DNA of 63,616 nucleotides, filler included, from Nemertoderma westbladi (taxonomy: Eukaryota > Animalia > Xenacoelomorpha): assembly GCA_032718475.1 (NCBI GenBank). It is 4 parts of 4 records of this genome, joined end to end, with 100 filler letters (N's around TTAATTAATTAA, not from the genome) between each part and the next. Parts side by side here need not be neighbours in the genome. Positions count along the whole stretch, not along the records: positions 21,392 to 41,752 come from JAUCBJ010003573.1; positions 41,853 to 57,526 come from JAUCBJ010008466.1; 2 more parts are not named here. One strand, given 5' to 3'. This document shows positions 37,302 to 48,769 of the stretch, piece by piece (within the stretch, counting starts at the first letter, position 1; each line of letters begins with the position of its first letter). The notes beneath the pieces are model-generated. The model searched no databases, had not been told where the DNA came from, and saw only the letters and a program-made list of their open reading frames with translations. The position numbers and the translations under genes were made by a program.

Positions 37302-40300
37302 ATGGATGAATTGGGTTTAATAGACGAGGACGACTTCCAGTCGTTTATGAAAGAATCCATATCCGACGAGTCGCTATCGATTGACACGAAACCGAAAGTA
37401 AAAAATAAACCGTGGTGGATGGAGGAAGCCGGAAGAGGGGAATCCGGACCTCCCGGAAACTGGGCGGTTGATTCCGGACGGATCGGGAGCCAGTTCCTAA
37501 AGCAGCGGAAGTCCGAGGATTCGGTGGGTCTCGATTCCATGCTCCGGGATATGCGTGACGTCACGGAAGGGTCACAACGAAGCCAACTGCTGAAACGGGG
37601 CGGAGTTGATGTGCTGGACGGTAGCTTCACCGATACTCTAAGCTACAGCGAGACGGGCACCTTGGGAGGGGCGCCGGGGGATACAGGCCCCCCACGGGAC
37701 CCCGCACCACCAGATATCCTGCACGCCGACCACCACGACTCGCCCCGATCCAACAAACCCCCGCCCAACCCGAATCGGGTCGCCTTCGAACTCCAACCCG
37801 CCCCGCTCGGTGGCAATTTATTATCCAAAGTCGCTTTGGATTCGTTCGATTCTTCCTTCAACACGAGTAAGGACGGCGGAGTGCCGGTACGAACTGTGGG
37901 TAACTTTACTGAGACCAGCACGGACCTACACAACCTACAGAGGGCCTACCAGTCCCAGTTCGGTCAGTCCACCTTGGATAATGTGGAAGCGTTGAATGCG
38001 GACGAGTTGGGTAGGAGTAAGTCTGACAGCGAGATCGTGGAGGATATTGAGGTTGTTAGTGAGGCACATAAACGAACAGAGGTCGATAGGGTTGGTGGAA
38101 CAACGGGAGGTGGAACGGATGGGGGAGCAGAGGTGGGAACAATTCCATCAACCAAAGAAGAACTTATGAAAGAAATTAATTGGCCTAAAAGCGAAACTGG
38201 AGATGAAAAACTGATGGACCGTAGTGATGAGGACAAAGTAATAGAGGCGACGAGACGCAGGCTGAAGTCATTGGGGATAAAAACCACGGGATCCTCAGGG
38301 GATGAAGTTCCACTGAAACCGATAAAAATAAAACAGTTTAGTAAACAATCGGGTCGCAAATCCCTCGATAATCAGGGAAAGGTCTCCCAGAGCAAGGGCG
38401 TTGTTATTCCGCAGCAGTTGGGGAAACTCAGCTCGCAGCAAACAGGGAAGAAACCGCAGCAAACTGGGAGGGGACCGCAACAGCCGGGGAGAGGCCCGCA
38501 GCAAACTGGGAGGGGTCCGCAACAAACTGGGAGAGGTCCACAGCAAACTGGGAAGGGACCGCAGCAAACAGGGAAGGCGCCGCAGCAAATGGTTAAACTT
38601 CCGCAGCAACGAGTTAAGAAACTCTCGGCTCTCAAAGGAGTCGGAATGAAGAACGAGTCGTACTTGTTGCCAAAAGCGAACCGAGTGAGGGAATCGACAA
38701 GTCGGTCGGTTAGTGGCGAGAGAAACCCCGAACAGTCAAGGAAGGATGGGGTTAAAGGGAGTTGGGAGTCCGGGGGAAGGGATGGGGTTACAGGGAGTTG
38801 GGAGTCCGGGGGGAGGGATGGGGTTACAGGGAGTTGGGAGTCCGGGGGGAGGGATGGGGTTACAGGGAGCTGGGAGTCAGGGGGGACGGACAGGGTTAAA
38901 GGGAGTCGGGAGTCGGTTGAATCAACTGGAATAGTTGAAGAACTCAGCGAAAAGTTCCGAGTAGAGAAGAACAAAGTCTCTGAGTTGGATAACCAACTGA
39001 AATCCGTGGAGGGGAATTACTCGAAGAAGGTAGAACTACTTAATCTGCAGCACGATAAACATATCTACGATCTAAAGAAGGACAATTTCATATTGAAAAC
39101 TAAACTATCGGATTTAGAAGAGGAAATAAACAGGGATAAAAAGTCGGTGGAGGTAAATAAAGCTGATGTACCCGATGATATGCAGAGGAACATTGATGAG
39201 CAAGAGAAGTTAATCAAGGGGTTCCAGATTGAGAACGAAAGAATTTATAAAGAGTTGCAGGAGATTCGTGAGGTTAGTAAGAAGGATGTTGATTCTTTGT
39301 TCCAGGAGAATCAGCGTCTACAGCAGGATAATTCCAATCTCCGGGAGAAACTCGGGGACAAAGAACGCCAGTTGAAGTACCGGGAGGTTACTAGCGTTGA
39401 TAACGCCGATAAATGTTTTGTCGTCCAACACAACAACCAACTCGAGGTTATTGATAAGTTACGGGAGACAAATCGAGAGTTGCAGAGCCGTTTATCGACC
39501 CGGGACGCGGCCGACGGGGATATAAAGTCAGAGTATCAGCAGAATATCTCGCAACTCAACGCGAAGCTGCGGTGGTTCGCCGAGAACCAAGAATTGTTGA
39601 GTCGCGGAGCGGAGGAGCTCAAGGCGAAGAATGAACGAGTCCGGGAGCTGGAGGAGGAGCTGGGAAGGGGAGTGGAGGAGCGGAGGAGGAAGGGAGTGGA
39701 GGCGAAGAGGATCCTAGATCTGGAGAGGCAGGTGCGCGAGATGGAGGCGATCATAAAGAGGAGGCATCCCCCCAATTCGATTCCCGCGTTGATCTGGGCG
39801 GCCAGTGGGTCGGCGGCAACGGAAGCCGGAGAGAAACCGACCTACAGACATCTAGAGTCCATGGTTGCTAAGTTACAGAAGCAACTAGACGATAGGGACT
39901 CCGAGAACGATATTAAACTTAGAGTTCTAGAACAGCAGTACTTCGCGTTGAAGTTTCAGTATGAGGAGCGAATTGGGCAGTTGGAAGGGCGCGGCGGGGC
40001 GACTAAAGGGGGCGAGACGCGTCCCTTCAGCCACTCGGTGGCGTTGCAGAAAGAGTTGGAATCCGTGCGGGTCAAATACAAAGATGAGGTCGAGTCCCTG
40101 AAGGCCGAGGTTAAACATCTGCAGGGTCAGTTGGAGAGTAAGGAGTCGTTGAAGGAGAAATACCGGCTGTCCCAGAACGAGTTGCAAGTCAGTAGGAAGG
40201 AGATTGGGAGTCTAAAACGAGTTCTAGAGGAACTCAACGCAAAGAAAAAGTTTACAAGCAAAGAGAGTAAATATAGGAAAGAGTTTACGGATATTATTGG

Positions 40301-41030
40301 GCTGGGCGATCAGCAGGTTGTCGGGAAGAAAGTTTATCGTCCTGACGACTTTATGGAGGCGGTTAATGTGGCTGAACTGTTGGAGGAAAACAAACAGCTG
40401 AAACGGGAAGTCGAGGCGATGCGACTTAATTTGGACGAGACGCGGGTTAAATACCAGGCGGATCTCGCGAACTCGGAAGCGATGGCGAGAACTTCCCGGG
40501 AACTCGTGTCCGACCAGATGGAGGCCCTCAGTCGGGAACACAAGCGCGAGGTCGAGGTAATGGTCGCTAGGTTGGGTAGCAACGCGAACAGCGACGAGGT
40601 GGAGAGGTTGACGAAGAAGTTGAACAATCAGGAGGCGTTGATGAATCACTTGGTGATGGAGGTTGAGAGCTGCAGGGAGTTACGGAGAAAGTTTCAAGAG
40701 TTGGGGGTTAAAGAGCAAACACTTCAAGGCCAGGTGCTTAGTTTACTGGAGGAGCTTAAAGAGGCTAGGGAGGAGCATTCGCCGGAGTTGAGGCATTTTA
40801 ATCGGCTTCAGTCGAAGATTAAGGAGTTGGAATCGCGAGACTGGAATTGCGGCAGGGATCCGGTACTTTCGGCGGAAGTGACCCGGTTGCGCGGTCTACT
40901 CAACTCGAAAGATCGCGAGATCCAGTCGTTTCGTTTGGAACTCGATTCCCTTATCGATGTGTTGAAACAACTCCATAACGACGGGGTGTTTATAGACGCA
41001 GACAAGTACCAGTTGGGAGGGCGACTGTAG
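37302..41030 (+). CDS. CEP162: Centrosomal protein of 162 kDa (CEP162/QN1) orthologue, single exon
   Basis: N-terminal DEDDFQSFMKE..PWW, EQEKLIKGFQIENERIY, LRWFAENQELL, DLERQVREMEAIIKRR..NSIPALI and FRLELDSLIDVLKQL resemble CEP162 as recalled. First ATG at 37302; the frame is open from a GTG at 37248. Confidence 0.9.
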   Translation: MDELGLIDEDDFQSFMKESISDESLSIDTKPKVKNKPWWMEEAGRGESGPPGNWAVDSGRIGSQFLKQRKSEDSVGLDSMLRDMRDVTEGSQRSQLLKRGGVDVLDGSFTDTLSYSETGTLGGAPGDTGPPRDPAPPDILHADHHDSPRSNKPPPNPNRVAFELQPAPLGGNLLSKVALDSFDSSFNTSKDGGVPVRTVGNFTETSTDLHNLQRAYQSQFGQSTLDNVEALNADELGRSKSDSEIVEDIEVVSEAHKRTEVDRVGGTTGGGTDGGAEVGTIPSTKEELMKEINWPKSETGDEKLMDRSDEDKVIEATRRRLKSLGIKTTGSSGDEVPLKPIKIKQFSKQSGRKSLDNQGKVSQSKGVVIPQQLGKLSSQQTGKKPQQTGRGPQQPGRGPQQTGRGPQQTGRGPQQTGKGPQQTGKAPQQMVKLPQQRVKKLSALKGVGMKNESYLLPKANRVRESTSRSVSGERNPEQSRKDGVKGSWESGGRDGVTGSWESGGRDGVTGSWESGGRDGVTGSWESGGTDRVKGSRESVESTGIVEELSEKFRVEKNKVSELDNQLKSVEGNYSKKVELLNLQHDKHIYDLKKDNFILKTKLSDLEEEINRDKKSVEVNKADVPDDMQRNIDEQEKLIKGFQIENERIYKELQEIREVSKKDVDSLFQENQRLQQDNSNLREKLGDKERQLKYREVTSVDNADKCFVVQHNNQLEVIDKLRETNRELQSRLSTRDAADGDIKSEYQQNISQLNAKLRWFAENQELLSRGAEELKAKNERVRELEEELGRGVEERRRKGVEAKRILDLERQVREMEAIIKRRHPPNSIPALIWAASGSAATEAGEKPTYRHLESMVAKLQKQLDDRDSENDIKLRVLEQQYFALKFQYEERIGQLEGRGGATKGGETRPFSHSVALQKELESVRVKYKDEVESLKAEVKHLQGQLESKESLKEKYRLSQNELQVSRKEIGSLKRVLEELNAKKKFTSKESKYRKEFTDIIGLGDQQVVGKKVYRPDDFMEAVNVAELLEENKQLKREVEAMRLNLDETRVKYQADLANSEAMARTSRELVSDQMEALSREHKREVEVMVARLGSNANSDEVERLTKKLNNQEALMNHLVMEVESCRELRRKFQELGVKEQTLQGQVLSLLEELKEAREEHSPELRHFNRLQSKIKELESRDWNCGRDPVLSAEVTRLRGLLNSKDREIQSFRLELDSLIDVLKQLHNDGVFIDADKYQLGGRL

Positions 41031-41496
41031 CGGTTCGTGTAGGGAATCGGGAATATTAGCCAAATTAAATGACCTTATACAATATGACCTCGTATATACC
41101 GGGTTTATTTTTATACAAAACTTTAGATATTTTTATTATAAATCTATAAATTATTTTTATATATCCGATGAGCCCAACTTCACCGAGTGGAATTTCAATT
41201 ATTTTATTAACAATAAATTCCTATAAAAAAGTTGGAGATTTGTGAGAGAAATTAAATCTTGTGGCCTTGTAACGTTTAAGGAATTAAATTATCGGTTTAG
41301 CTAAATGGCTATTGGTTTATTCCGTTGCCTAGTAACTAACGATATTACCAAAATATTTAATTCCTCCCGCAAAACTCCGATCATTAATTAAATATGAATA
41401 TGTAATTAATTGTAAATCAATAAGAATATATTATTTGTTATTTGTAACAATTTATTAATTTGTACTTTTGTATATTGAAAAGTATTACAGTATTAC

Positions 41497-41720
41497 AGCA
41501 TTGTTCTAGAATTAATATACGGATAACATGAAGCGAATAAAACTGAATAATCACTGATGCCATTCCAAAAGCGAATTAACCTGTATAATTACCGAGGCCG
41601 CAGGCCGAGGTTATTATATTAGGTTAATTTGCTGAAGGATAAGGCAGAAGTGATTATTACAGTTTTATTCGCTGAAGGTTTTTATTTCCGTATATTATTA
41701 ACTCTAGAACATTGCAATAT
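41497..41720. mobile_element. Palindromic non-autonomous DNA element with central CCGAGGCCGCAGGCCGAGG
   Basis: TGTTCTAGA..ATACGGA..AGCGAATAAAACTG..AATCACT..AATTAACCT pairs with the inverted right arm. Confidence 0.65.
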
Positions 41721-41752
41721 TGTGTTTATTGTTAATATGGGCATAGTGAAGT

Positions 41753-41852
41753 NNNNNNNNNNNNNNNNNNNNNNNNNNNNNNNNNNNNNNNNNNNNTTAA
41801 TTAATTAANNNNNNNNNNNNNNNNNNNNNNNNNNNNNNNNNNNNNNNNNNNN
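41753..41852. other. Assembly gap with six-frame stop linker
   Basis: 100-bp N spacer containing TTAATTAATTAA. Confidence 0.97.
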
Positions 41853-41899
41853 GGTGGCACCTCCTTTATGCTGCATGGAGGTGGCAAGTTTTCTTGATC

Positions 41900-43000
41900 A
41901 ATGACCTAGAATACCTGACCTGACCTGACACTCTTGCTAACCTCCAGTGATTGGTTGCAATTGTGTCATCTGTGACCATTATGAGGTCGCCTTCCTTTAA
42001 GTCCTTCTGCTCCTCTCACCACTTTTTTCTACCATGAAGTGTGGGTAGATAATCCCTTATCCATCTTTCCCAAAACTCCGTCGCTATTGCGTTGGCTTCT
42101 TTCCACATCTGTTTGGAGAGGTAGTCATCCTTGACCTCTTCATTTATTAGTATTTGTGCTGGTCTTTCGCATAATATATGCGCTGGTGTCAATGCTTCTA
42201 ACGATTCCGGGTCACCATTTACTGGACACAATGGTCGACTGTTTATTATTCCTTCGCATTTAGCTAATGCCGCCCTTAGGATGTCTTCTGTTACTACGTG
42301 GTTTGCTAATAACGCTTTCATATCTCATTTCATGCTTCCTACTACTATCTATAAATCCTGTGGTGTGTGGTGCATATGTTGTCTGCATCGACCACTCTAT
42401 GCTGTGTTTCCTTACTAAAGATTCCACATGTTTGTGGTTATATTCTTTGGCTGCCTCCCTTAATTCTCTTTCTCATCTCATTCGTTCCATTGTCCAAGTA
42501 TAGTTTTATAACTACTCATCCTCTCCTCATTGTAGTTCAAGCACATTGATGAATGCATGAATCGCATCCATGGCTATTTCTATAGAGATTGCCCTACTGT
42601 TATTGCAAACGAATATTATTCCGTACCGCTTTTCTGTGTGGTGTTGGACGATTATAGTAATGGTTACAAACATGTCTACTCCCATATATGTAAAGGGGGG
42701 CTCGTAACTTACGAATCTGTCTACTGGTAGTGCTGATATGTGCTGGTGTAATCTGGTCCTTCAGATCTTATCGCATGTCATGCATTCCTTAACCAGATGT
42801 TTTATTCTTCTCCTTATTTTTTCTTCTTCTTACTTCTCGTTATATTCGTATTTATTTTATGTATCAGCAAAGTTACGGTATCGGAGTTGTATAAATGAGC
42901 GCCATACTATAAGCATAAGTTTGCGCGTCTACACAGCCAGCCAGGTATGGATGGTTCATACAGTTATAAACGGCTTGATGTTTCCGCAAACTATATGATA
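41900..43000 (-). pseudogene. BEL/Pao integrase fragment
   Basis: CEGIINSRPL..LTPAHIL..FWERWIRDYLPTLHGRKKW, with upstream LPVDRF..EPPFTYMGVDMF..KRYGIIFVC. Confidence 0.85.
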
Positions 43001-43318
43001 TGTATATTGTTCATTGATTATGATAGACTATCATATGATTATGATACACTACTATCAAGGACTTCTAGAACATAGTATATATTCAGGACGCGATGCTCGC
43101 ATACAGTGTTAATTTTATTAGAGGCTGGTTTTTTCTATTCAGTGTAGGCCTAATTACTTTAATTTACAGAAGTAAACTTCTCAATTTCCTATTATATTAT
43201 TATATTCCTATTATTTCCCACTATATTTCGAATATATACTATATTCTAGAAGTCCTTGCTACTACACCTTATCTACTACCCGCACACAACCAGCTAATAA
43301 TGAGGTTGCATCAGATTA

Positions 43319-43883
<565 letters not shown>

Positions 43884-44769
43884 TATACTAAAAAGGTATA
43901 CTCAATATCCACATTACCAGCCTTTCCAACCCGAGGCTCTGATTGGCTCAGCATTTGTGTCAGCTGATTAATCTACAGCTACCAAACCTGGCCTTCTCTG
44001 TAGTTACATGGGTATGTTATACATACATTATTACCTACAGTATATTGCACCTAAGATGGTGAAATTGTTTCCCTTGCTTGGAAGGTAGATTTGGTACCGA
44101 CCAAATCTACCATTATTATGTTTTGTTGTTTGTTATTGTGTGTTGTTGTGGGCCGCTTCCTTTATTGCTAAAATTATCCAGTAGCTTTGGTCCCTACGGT
44201 AACAAGCAACGAAAAAACTGATTTAATGTTTTAATTGACGCACTTCATTACTCGATTTAGTAATTATTATACTCGTTATTCGGTCACCCCGCGTCATTCA
44301 CCTTGTTCCTTACGCTCCTTCCTTACTTCATCTGGCGCTAGAACATTTTAACTATGTAGTAATTATGTACGGGTGGTGTTGTGTTTGGTGTTGAAGAACA
44401 AAAATTTGATTTTTAAAATATATTTTATTATATTTATTCTTAGTGTTTGTGACGCCTTGGTAAGAAGAAACATACAGAATCAAAGTGTATTAGTAACACA
44501 ATCGCCACCTGCAGCGTAGGATAACTTTAATTGTATTTTATTATAACATATTTATCAACACATTAATTGTATTGGGATTCCAGACTTTGTTACGGACATC
44601 GATCGCCAGCTTGTATATTTACTTAAATATGCGTCAATGACAATGTAACGTACAATACTATTAAAGTTACAGTGACTTTCCTATTTGATTATTTAACAAG
44701 TTTAATTATATTTTGCAACTGATGGTCTAAAAGGTCACATATCATTGTATTTCATCTCCATTATTAATT

Positions 44770-46887
44770 TCACGACAGCGTTTTGGGATCGTCAATCGCA
44801 GACAAACGAAACAATTTCCTTTCCAAATAACTGAATTCTGTTTGTGGTTCTAATCCATGGTACTCCCTTAGAGACCGTCGCGGGAAGTATTTCTGTCGAT
44901 GTCTGAGAACACAACATTGATGAGTGAAAGTTTCAATGACTGCAAGTAATGGAATCCAGATGAGAGTAAATGTAACCACCATTACAAATATAATACATAT
45001 ATCAGTCTCATTATTACATAGGCCAACGTTTCCTGTCTCAGGTTTGAAGCATCTATATGTGGTACCTTGCTTTATAGTGTCAACTATACATATTGCTGCA
45101 ATAATAATATAAACAGGCACAGTAAGGTAAACCATACAGAACGATATAAACATATTTTGTTTAAATCCAACCATCGTCTCAAAATCGCTTAGAATTTTTT
45201 CCATACCAATGCTATATATAATTGATGTGTAAGAAAAGCATCCAATTAACATCATACAAATATTTTCCATAACTGTGTCAAGTAATTCTTTAATAAATAG
45301 CCCAATGTTTAGTGTAAATATCAAACTGAAAAGGAAAAGAAAAAGGCATATAAGACAAACACGATAAATCTCTGGAATTCTTAGAGTAAACTTGTGATCT
45401 TCGAGAGCATTTAAAATATTTTGAATAAATCCAAACATTGAATCAATTCCTAATAATATCAATGTTACAAACAGAAGAAGTGACCACGATGAAGCATGAT
45501 CCGGACTTATTTCTAAAATGACCCTGGTCATTGTAACAAAAGCCAAAGTAGGTCCATTTAGGTCAATCATATTTTCAAGAGCGCCTTTAATGCAATCACT
45601 GTAACGATCATCTGCTTCTGGTATTTCCGAACATTTCTCTTTGTAAGCATAATGTCCAGCCATACTAAATACAACTACAGAAGCCATTATTGAAGTTAAC
45701 AGATCAACACCACATAATAAAATAGCATCTCGAAAAAAATTATTCTGTCTAGGTTGCGTTGCTCCCATCAATGTATGAAATCCCATGCCAAGAGACAGTG
45801 TAAATACAACTTGCACTCCCGCAGCTTTCCACACTTTTAATGAGAATATCTCTTCTAAATTTCCAGGTGCGAAAGCATATTTCAACCCTTCATAACTTCC
45901 TGACATATCAAGCGATAATATGAGTAAGCAAAACAAGGTGAGATAAGGAATTGTAGCTGTGAAATACACAACCCTGGTAGACGCCATAGCTCCATGTGTC
46001 TGACTAGTAACGACCATTAACCAAGTTATAACAGTTGCTATAACGATGGGGTAATTAAATTCTCGTTTCTCATGGATATTTTTTGGTAAGCCTAAAGTCT
46101 CATTGTACCAAAAAAAACTTCCCGCACCAACTTCTTGACAAGTGAGATTTTTGAACTGAAAAATTGAAGAGTATCCTCCCCTTGTATAGTTACATGAACT
46201 CCATGGCAAGGTTTCTCTAAATGACATGGCTGAATAATATACACAATAGGATATATTGAGAGAATAGGAAATAACAAGGAAACTGCAAAGAATTACTTGG
46301 GAAATACCAATTCCAGCTAACCTTGGATGCAATGTTTCATATACATTCCACGGTCCTTGTCTCGTGAGTTGTCCAATACCTAACTCAAATGTTAGCACTG
46401 GTAGACCCACAATAAGAAGTAAAATTAAATAAGGTATGAGAAATACTCCACCGCCATTTTCCACCATCCTCTTTGGAAAGTATAGAATATTTCCCATTCC
46501 GACAACAAATCCTATGCAACTTAGTATATATTGCAACTTAGAATCCCAGATCAATTCCATTGTGTCTACCGCTGGATTCCACTTTTTCATTTTATAAAAT
46601 GAATCCTTATTCTTTGCGAATCCAAAGATGCTACGGTCCTCATCTTTCATAAATTGACCAGTTTTTATACCTAGGTCGAACGTATCGTCTGTAGATTTTA
46701 TTTTGGTGAGATGTGATTTTCTGGATGAAAGACGGGGTTTTAGCACTGATGTATTGCACGAATAAAAACTAGTTTCCACTGACGAAACATCGATAGGTTC
46801 CTGTTCCTCTACTTCTTCTGAGTCAGGCACAGATTTCATAGTTTTTAAGTCAATTTCTTCGCATTCCATCCGATCAACCTTAGCCAT
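44770..46887 (-). CDS. SLC6/NSS sodium-dependent amino-acid transporter family protein, divergent, single exon
   Basis: 705-aa intact ORF with WDSKLQYILSCIGF.VG.GN..FP..ENGGG.FLIPY, ELGIGQ..RQGP, LPWSSC, VVYFTATIPY, GP.LAFV and LGIDSMFG, and about 12 hydrophobic segments. Confidence 0.92.
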   Translation of the reverse strand: MAKVDRMECEEIDLKTMKSVPDSEEVEEQEPIDVSSVETSFYSCNTSVLKPRLSSRKSHLTKIKSTDDTFDLGIKTGQFMKDEDRSIFGFAKNKDSFYKMKKWNPAVDTMELIWDSKLQYILSCIGFVVGMGNILYFPKRMVENGGGVFLIPYLILLLIVGLPVLTFELGIGQLTRQGPWNVYETLHPRLAGIGISQVILCSFLVISYSLNISYCVYYSAMSFRETLPWSSCNYTRGGYSSIFQFKNLTCQEVGAGSFFWYNETLGLPKNIHEKREFNYPIVIATVITWLMVVTSQTHGAMASTRVVYFTATIPYLTLFCLLILSLDMSGSYEGLKYAFAPGNLEEIFSLKVWKAAGVQVVFTLSLGMGFHTLMGATQPRQNNFFRDAILLCGVDLLTSIMASVVVFSMAGHYAYKEKCSEIPEADDRYSDCIKGALENMIDLNGPTLAFVTMTRVILEISPDHASSWSLLLFVTLILLGIDSMFGFIQNILNALEDHKFTLRIPEIYRVCLICLFLFLFSLIFTLNIGLFIKELLDTVMENICMMLIGCFSYTSIIYSIGMEKILSDFETMVGFKQNMFISFCMVYLTVPVYIIIAAICIVDTIKQGTTYRCFKPETGNVGLCNNETDICIIFVMVVTFTLIWIPLLAVIETFTHQCCVLRHRQKYFPRRSLREYHGLEPQTEFSYLERKLFRLSAIDDPKTLS

Positions 46888-47086
46888 TATAAAATTCCAA
46901 TCAATTATTGTAACTAACCTGGGGCCTTATGTGACCAACAAGTTATTATTCTGGGCATTGATACACATTGATGGCCAACCCTCTGATATTTTAACCTGAA
47001 AATGTTGCTTGTTTTAAATGTTAAAAAACCTATTTTGTCACAGTATTACACATTTTTTATAGCATGTATAGTGTAATTAGCGCGTA

Positions 47087-47702
47087 ATAACTATTTACAT
47101 ACTTGTGTGTAAAGTAGCACTTTACAGTGTGATGATCCGAGTGGCTTTGTTACACGAACAAACGTTAGCGAGTGAGTGAAAATAAAGCCACGAGGATCAG
47201 AACACTGTAAAGTACTTTGCAACAAGTATGTATGTAGTTTTATTCCAAAATTGTAACATTACGAAATGATTGTACAGTATATATATACAATGAGTGATAG
47301 AAGCTGCACAAATTAAATTAGTTGCTGTATAAATAAATGTAAAAATGACATAAATTATAATATAAAAAAGTTAGCTTATATTTATGGTGGCGTTTGGAGC
47401 CATGTAATAATTTATAGCTATTGGTTATTAGTAGCTACCGGTAGGTAATGCAGTAGGCCTATCTGGTTGTCAGACAATTAATAATAAATACCACCTATTG
47501 TTTACGTGGTAACGAATGATGCCGTAACTTTACCACATAAACTAGGGACATTACAACACCAAATACAATACTAAATGTACAGGCCATTACAATACTGAAA
47601 TGTCCTCTAAAGTTGTAAAGTGCTAAATTACAACTCGCTGTTAATACTAACGGCGTTGACTAATGTTACAATTTTGGAATAAAATATATTAATTATTAGT
47701 GA
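47087..47702. mobile_element. Non-autonomous DNA element with a 5' palindromic hairpin and an internal inverted repeat
   Basis: TACATACTTG..ACTTTACAGTGT..GATCC..GTGGCTTT pairs with the right arm up to ~47240. TTTTATTCCAAAATTGTAACATTA is inverted at ~47681-47704. Confidence 0.55.
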
Positions 47703-48214
47703 GCCAATCTACCATAAAACAAAAAATATATCCGAACCACATCCTGTTGGATTATATATTACCTTGATAATCGCCCAAAAAAGGGTCTATAAAAATATAA
47801 TTTGAAGATCATATATTTATTCATAGAAATTTCCATAGAAAACAAAAGGAACATTAGAGAAGATTAAGTAGCAAATTAGTGATGTTCAAATATAATTTAA
47901 TTAATTGCACACTAGTATGCTTCGATTCTATGGGGAATAAATTAAATTTACGCTAGCCTGTCACATGTTTATCAGTTTATCGTTATATTTCGCTCACTAA
48001 AAGTCGCATTCAACTTTTAAATGTGTGAAATATTGCCCGATAATGTAATTGAAGCTGAAATTGACTGATATTTATAGACTTTTTCTTGGTATTAGCAATA
48101 TAATGTAGAATCAAACACATTTGGCTCGGATAAATTGATATTAGTTTTCGGTTACCCCCTCTTTCTCGCAAGATTGATTGGTCTATACTGTATGATTAGT
48201 TTCGTTGCAGTAAC

Positions 48215-48300
48215 TTTAGTTAGTAACTTTGCAGACGACATCGCTCGGCTTTCTAATACACTAACAAATATCTCGTGTATCAACTATCGCCTACTCTTAT
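48215..48300 (+). pseudogene. Tiny LINE RT fragment
   Basis: NFADDIARLSNTL motif only. Confidence 0.35.
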
Positions 48301-48391
48301 GTGAACGCAGACTAGGGGATTCAGTGGATCTACTACAGTAGTAAGTATATAGCGGGTGAGTATAAAACGAAGACCAAAGACCCAAGAACTT

Positions 48392-48500
48392 TGACGGGGT
48401 AGATCCCGACCGTTCGACTAGTTGGTGTGAGTTATTACACATCCCTCTGTTGATGGACTGACTATGGCCATAGGCCCGGTAGAGAAATAGAGTTTATTAG
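48392..48500 (-). mobile_element. LTR 3'-end fragment of the same BEL LTR family
   Basis: TGACGGG..GATCCCGACCG..GATGGACTGACT..TAGGCC matches 1039-1160. Confidence 0.6.
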
Positions 48501-48769
48501 TTTGATATCAGATGTTAATGTTCGATGGTGTTATATTGCTGTCATTTAGTAGAACATTTACATCGTTCTACAATCTACACCTTGTGTAGATTCCACCTGG
48601 ATTGTTTTCCACAGTAGGGCAAGGTAGGTACATACCTTTATTGATAATAAATATACAAATTATATTTATTAATTAGTTATATTATTAAAGTTCGTTTACC
48701 ACCGTAACCCGGATTTAAGTTTATTGTTGGTTTATTGTTTATTGTTGTAGATAATGACGACTGTGTAGT

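Noticed and set aside
37151-40649. Multiple antisense ORFs within CEP162 (and similarly within BicD)
   Set aside because: These are shadow ORFs of GC-rich coding sequence.
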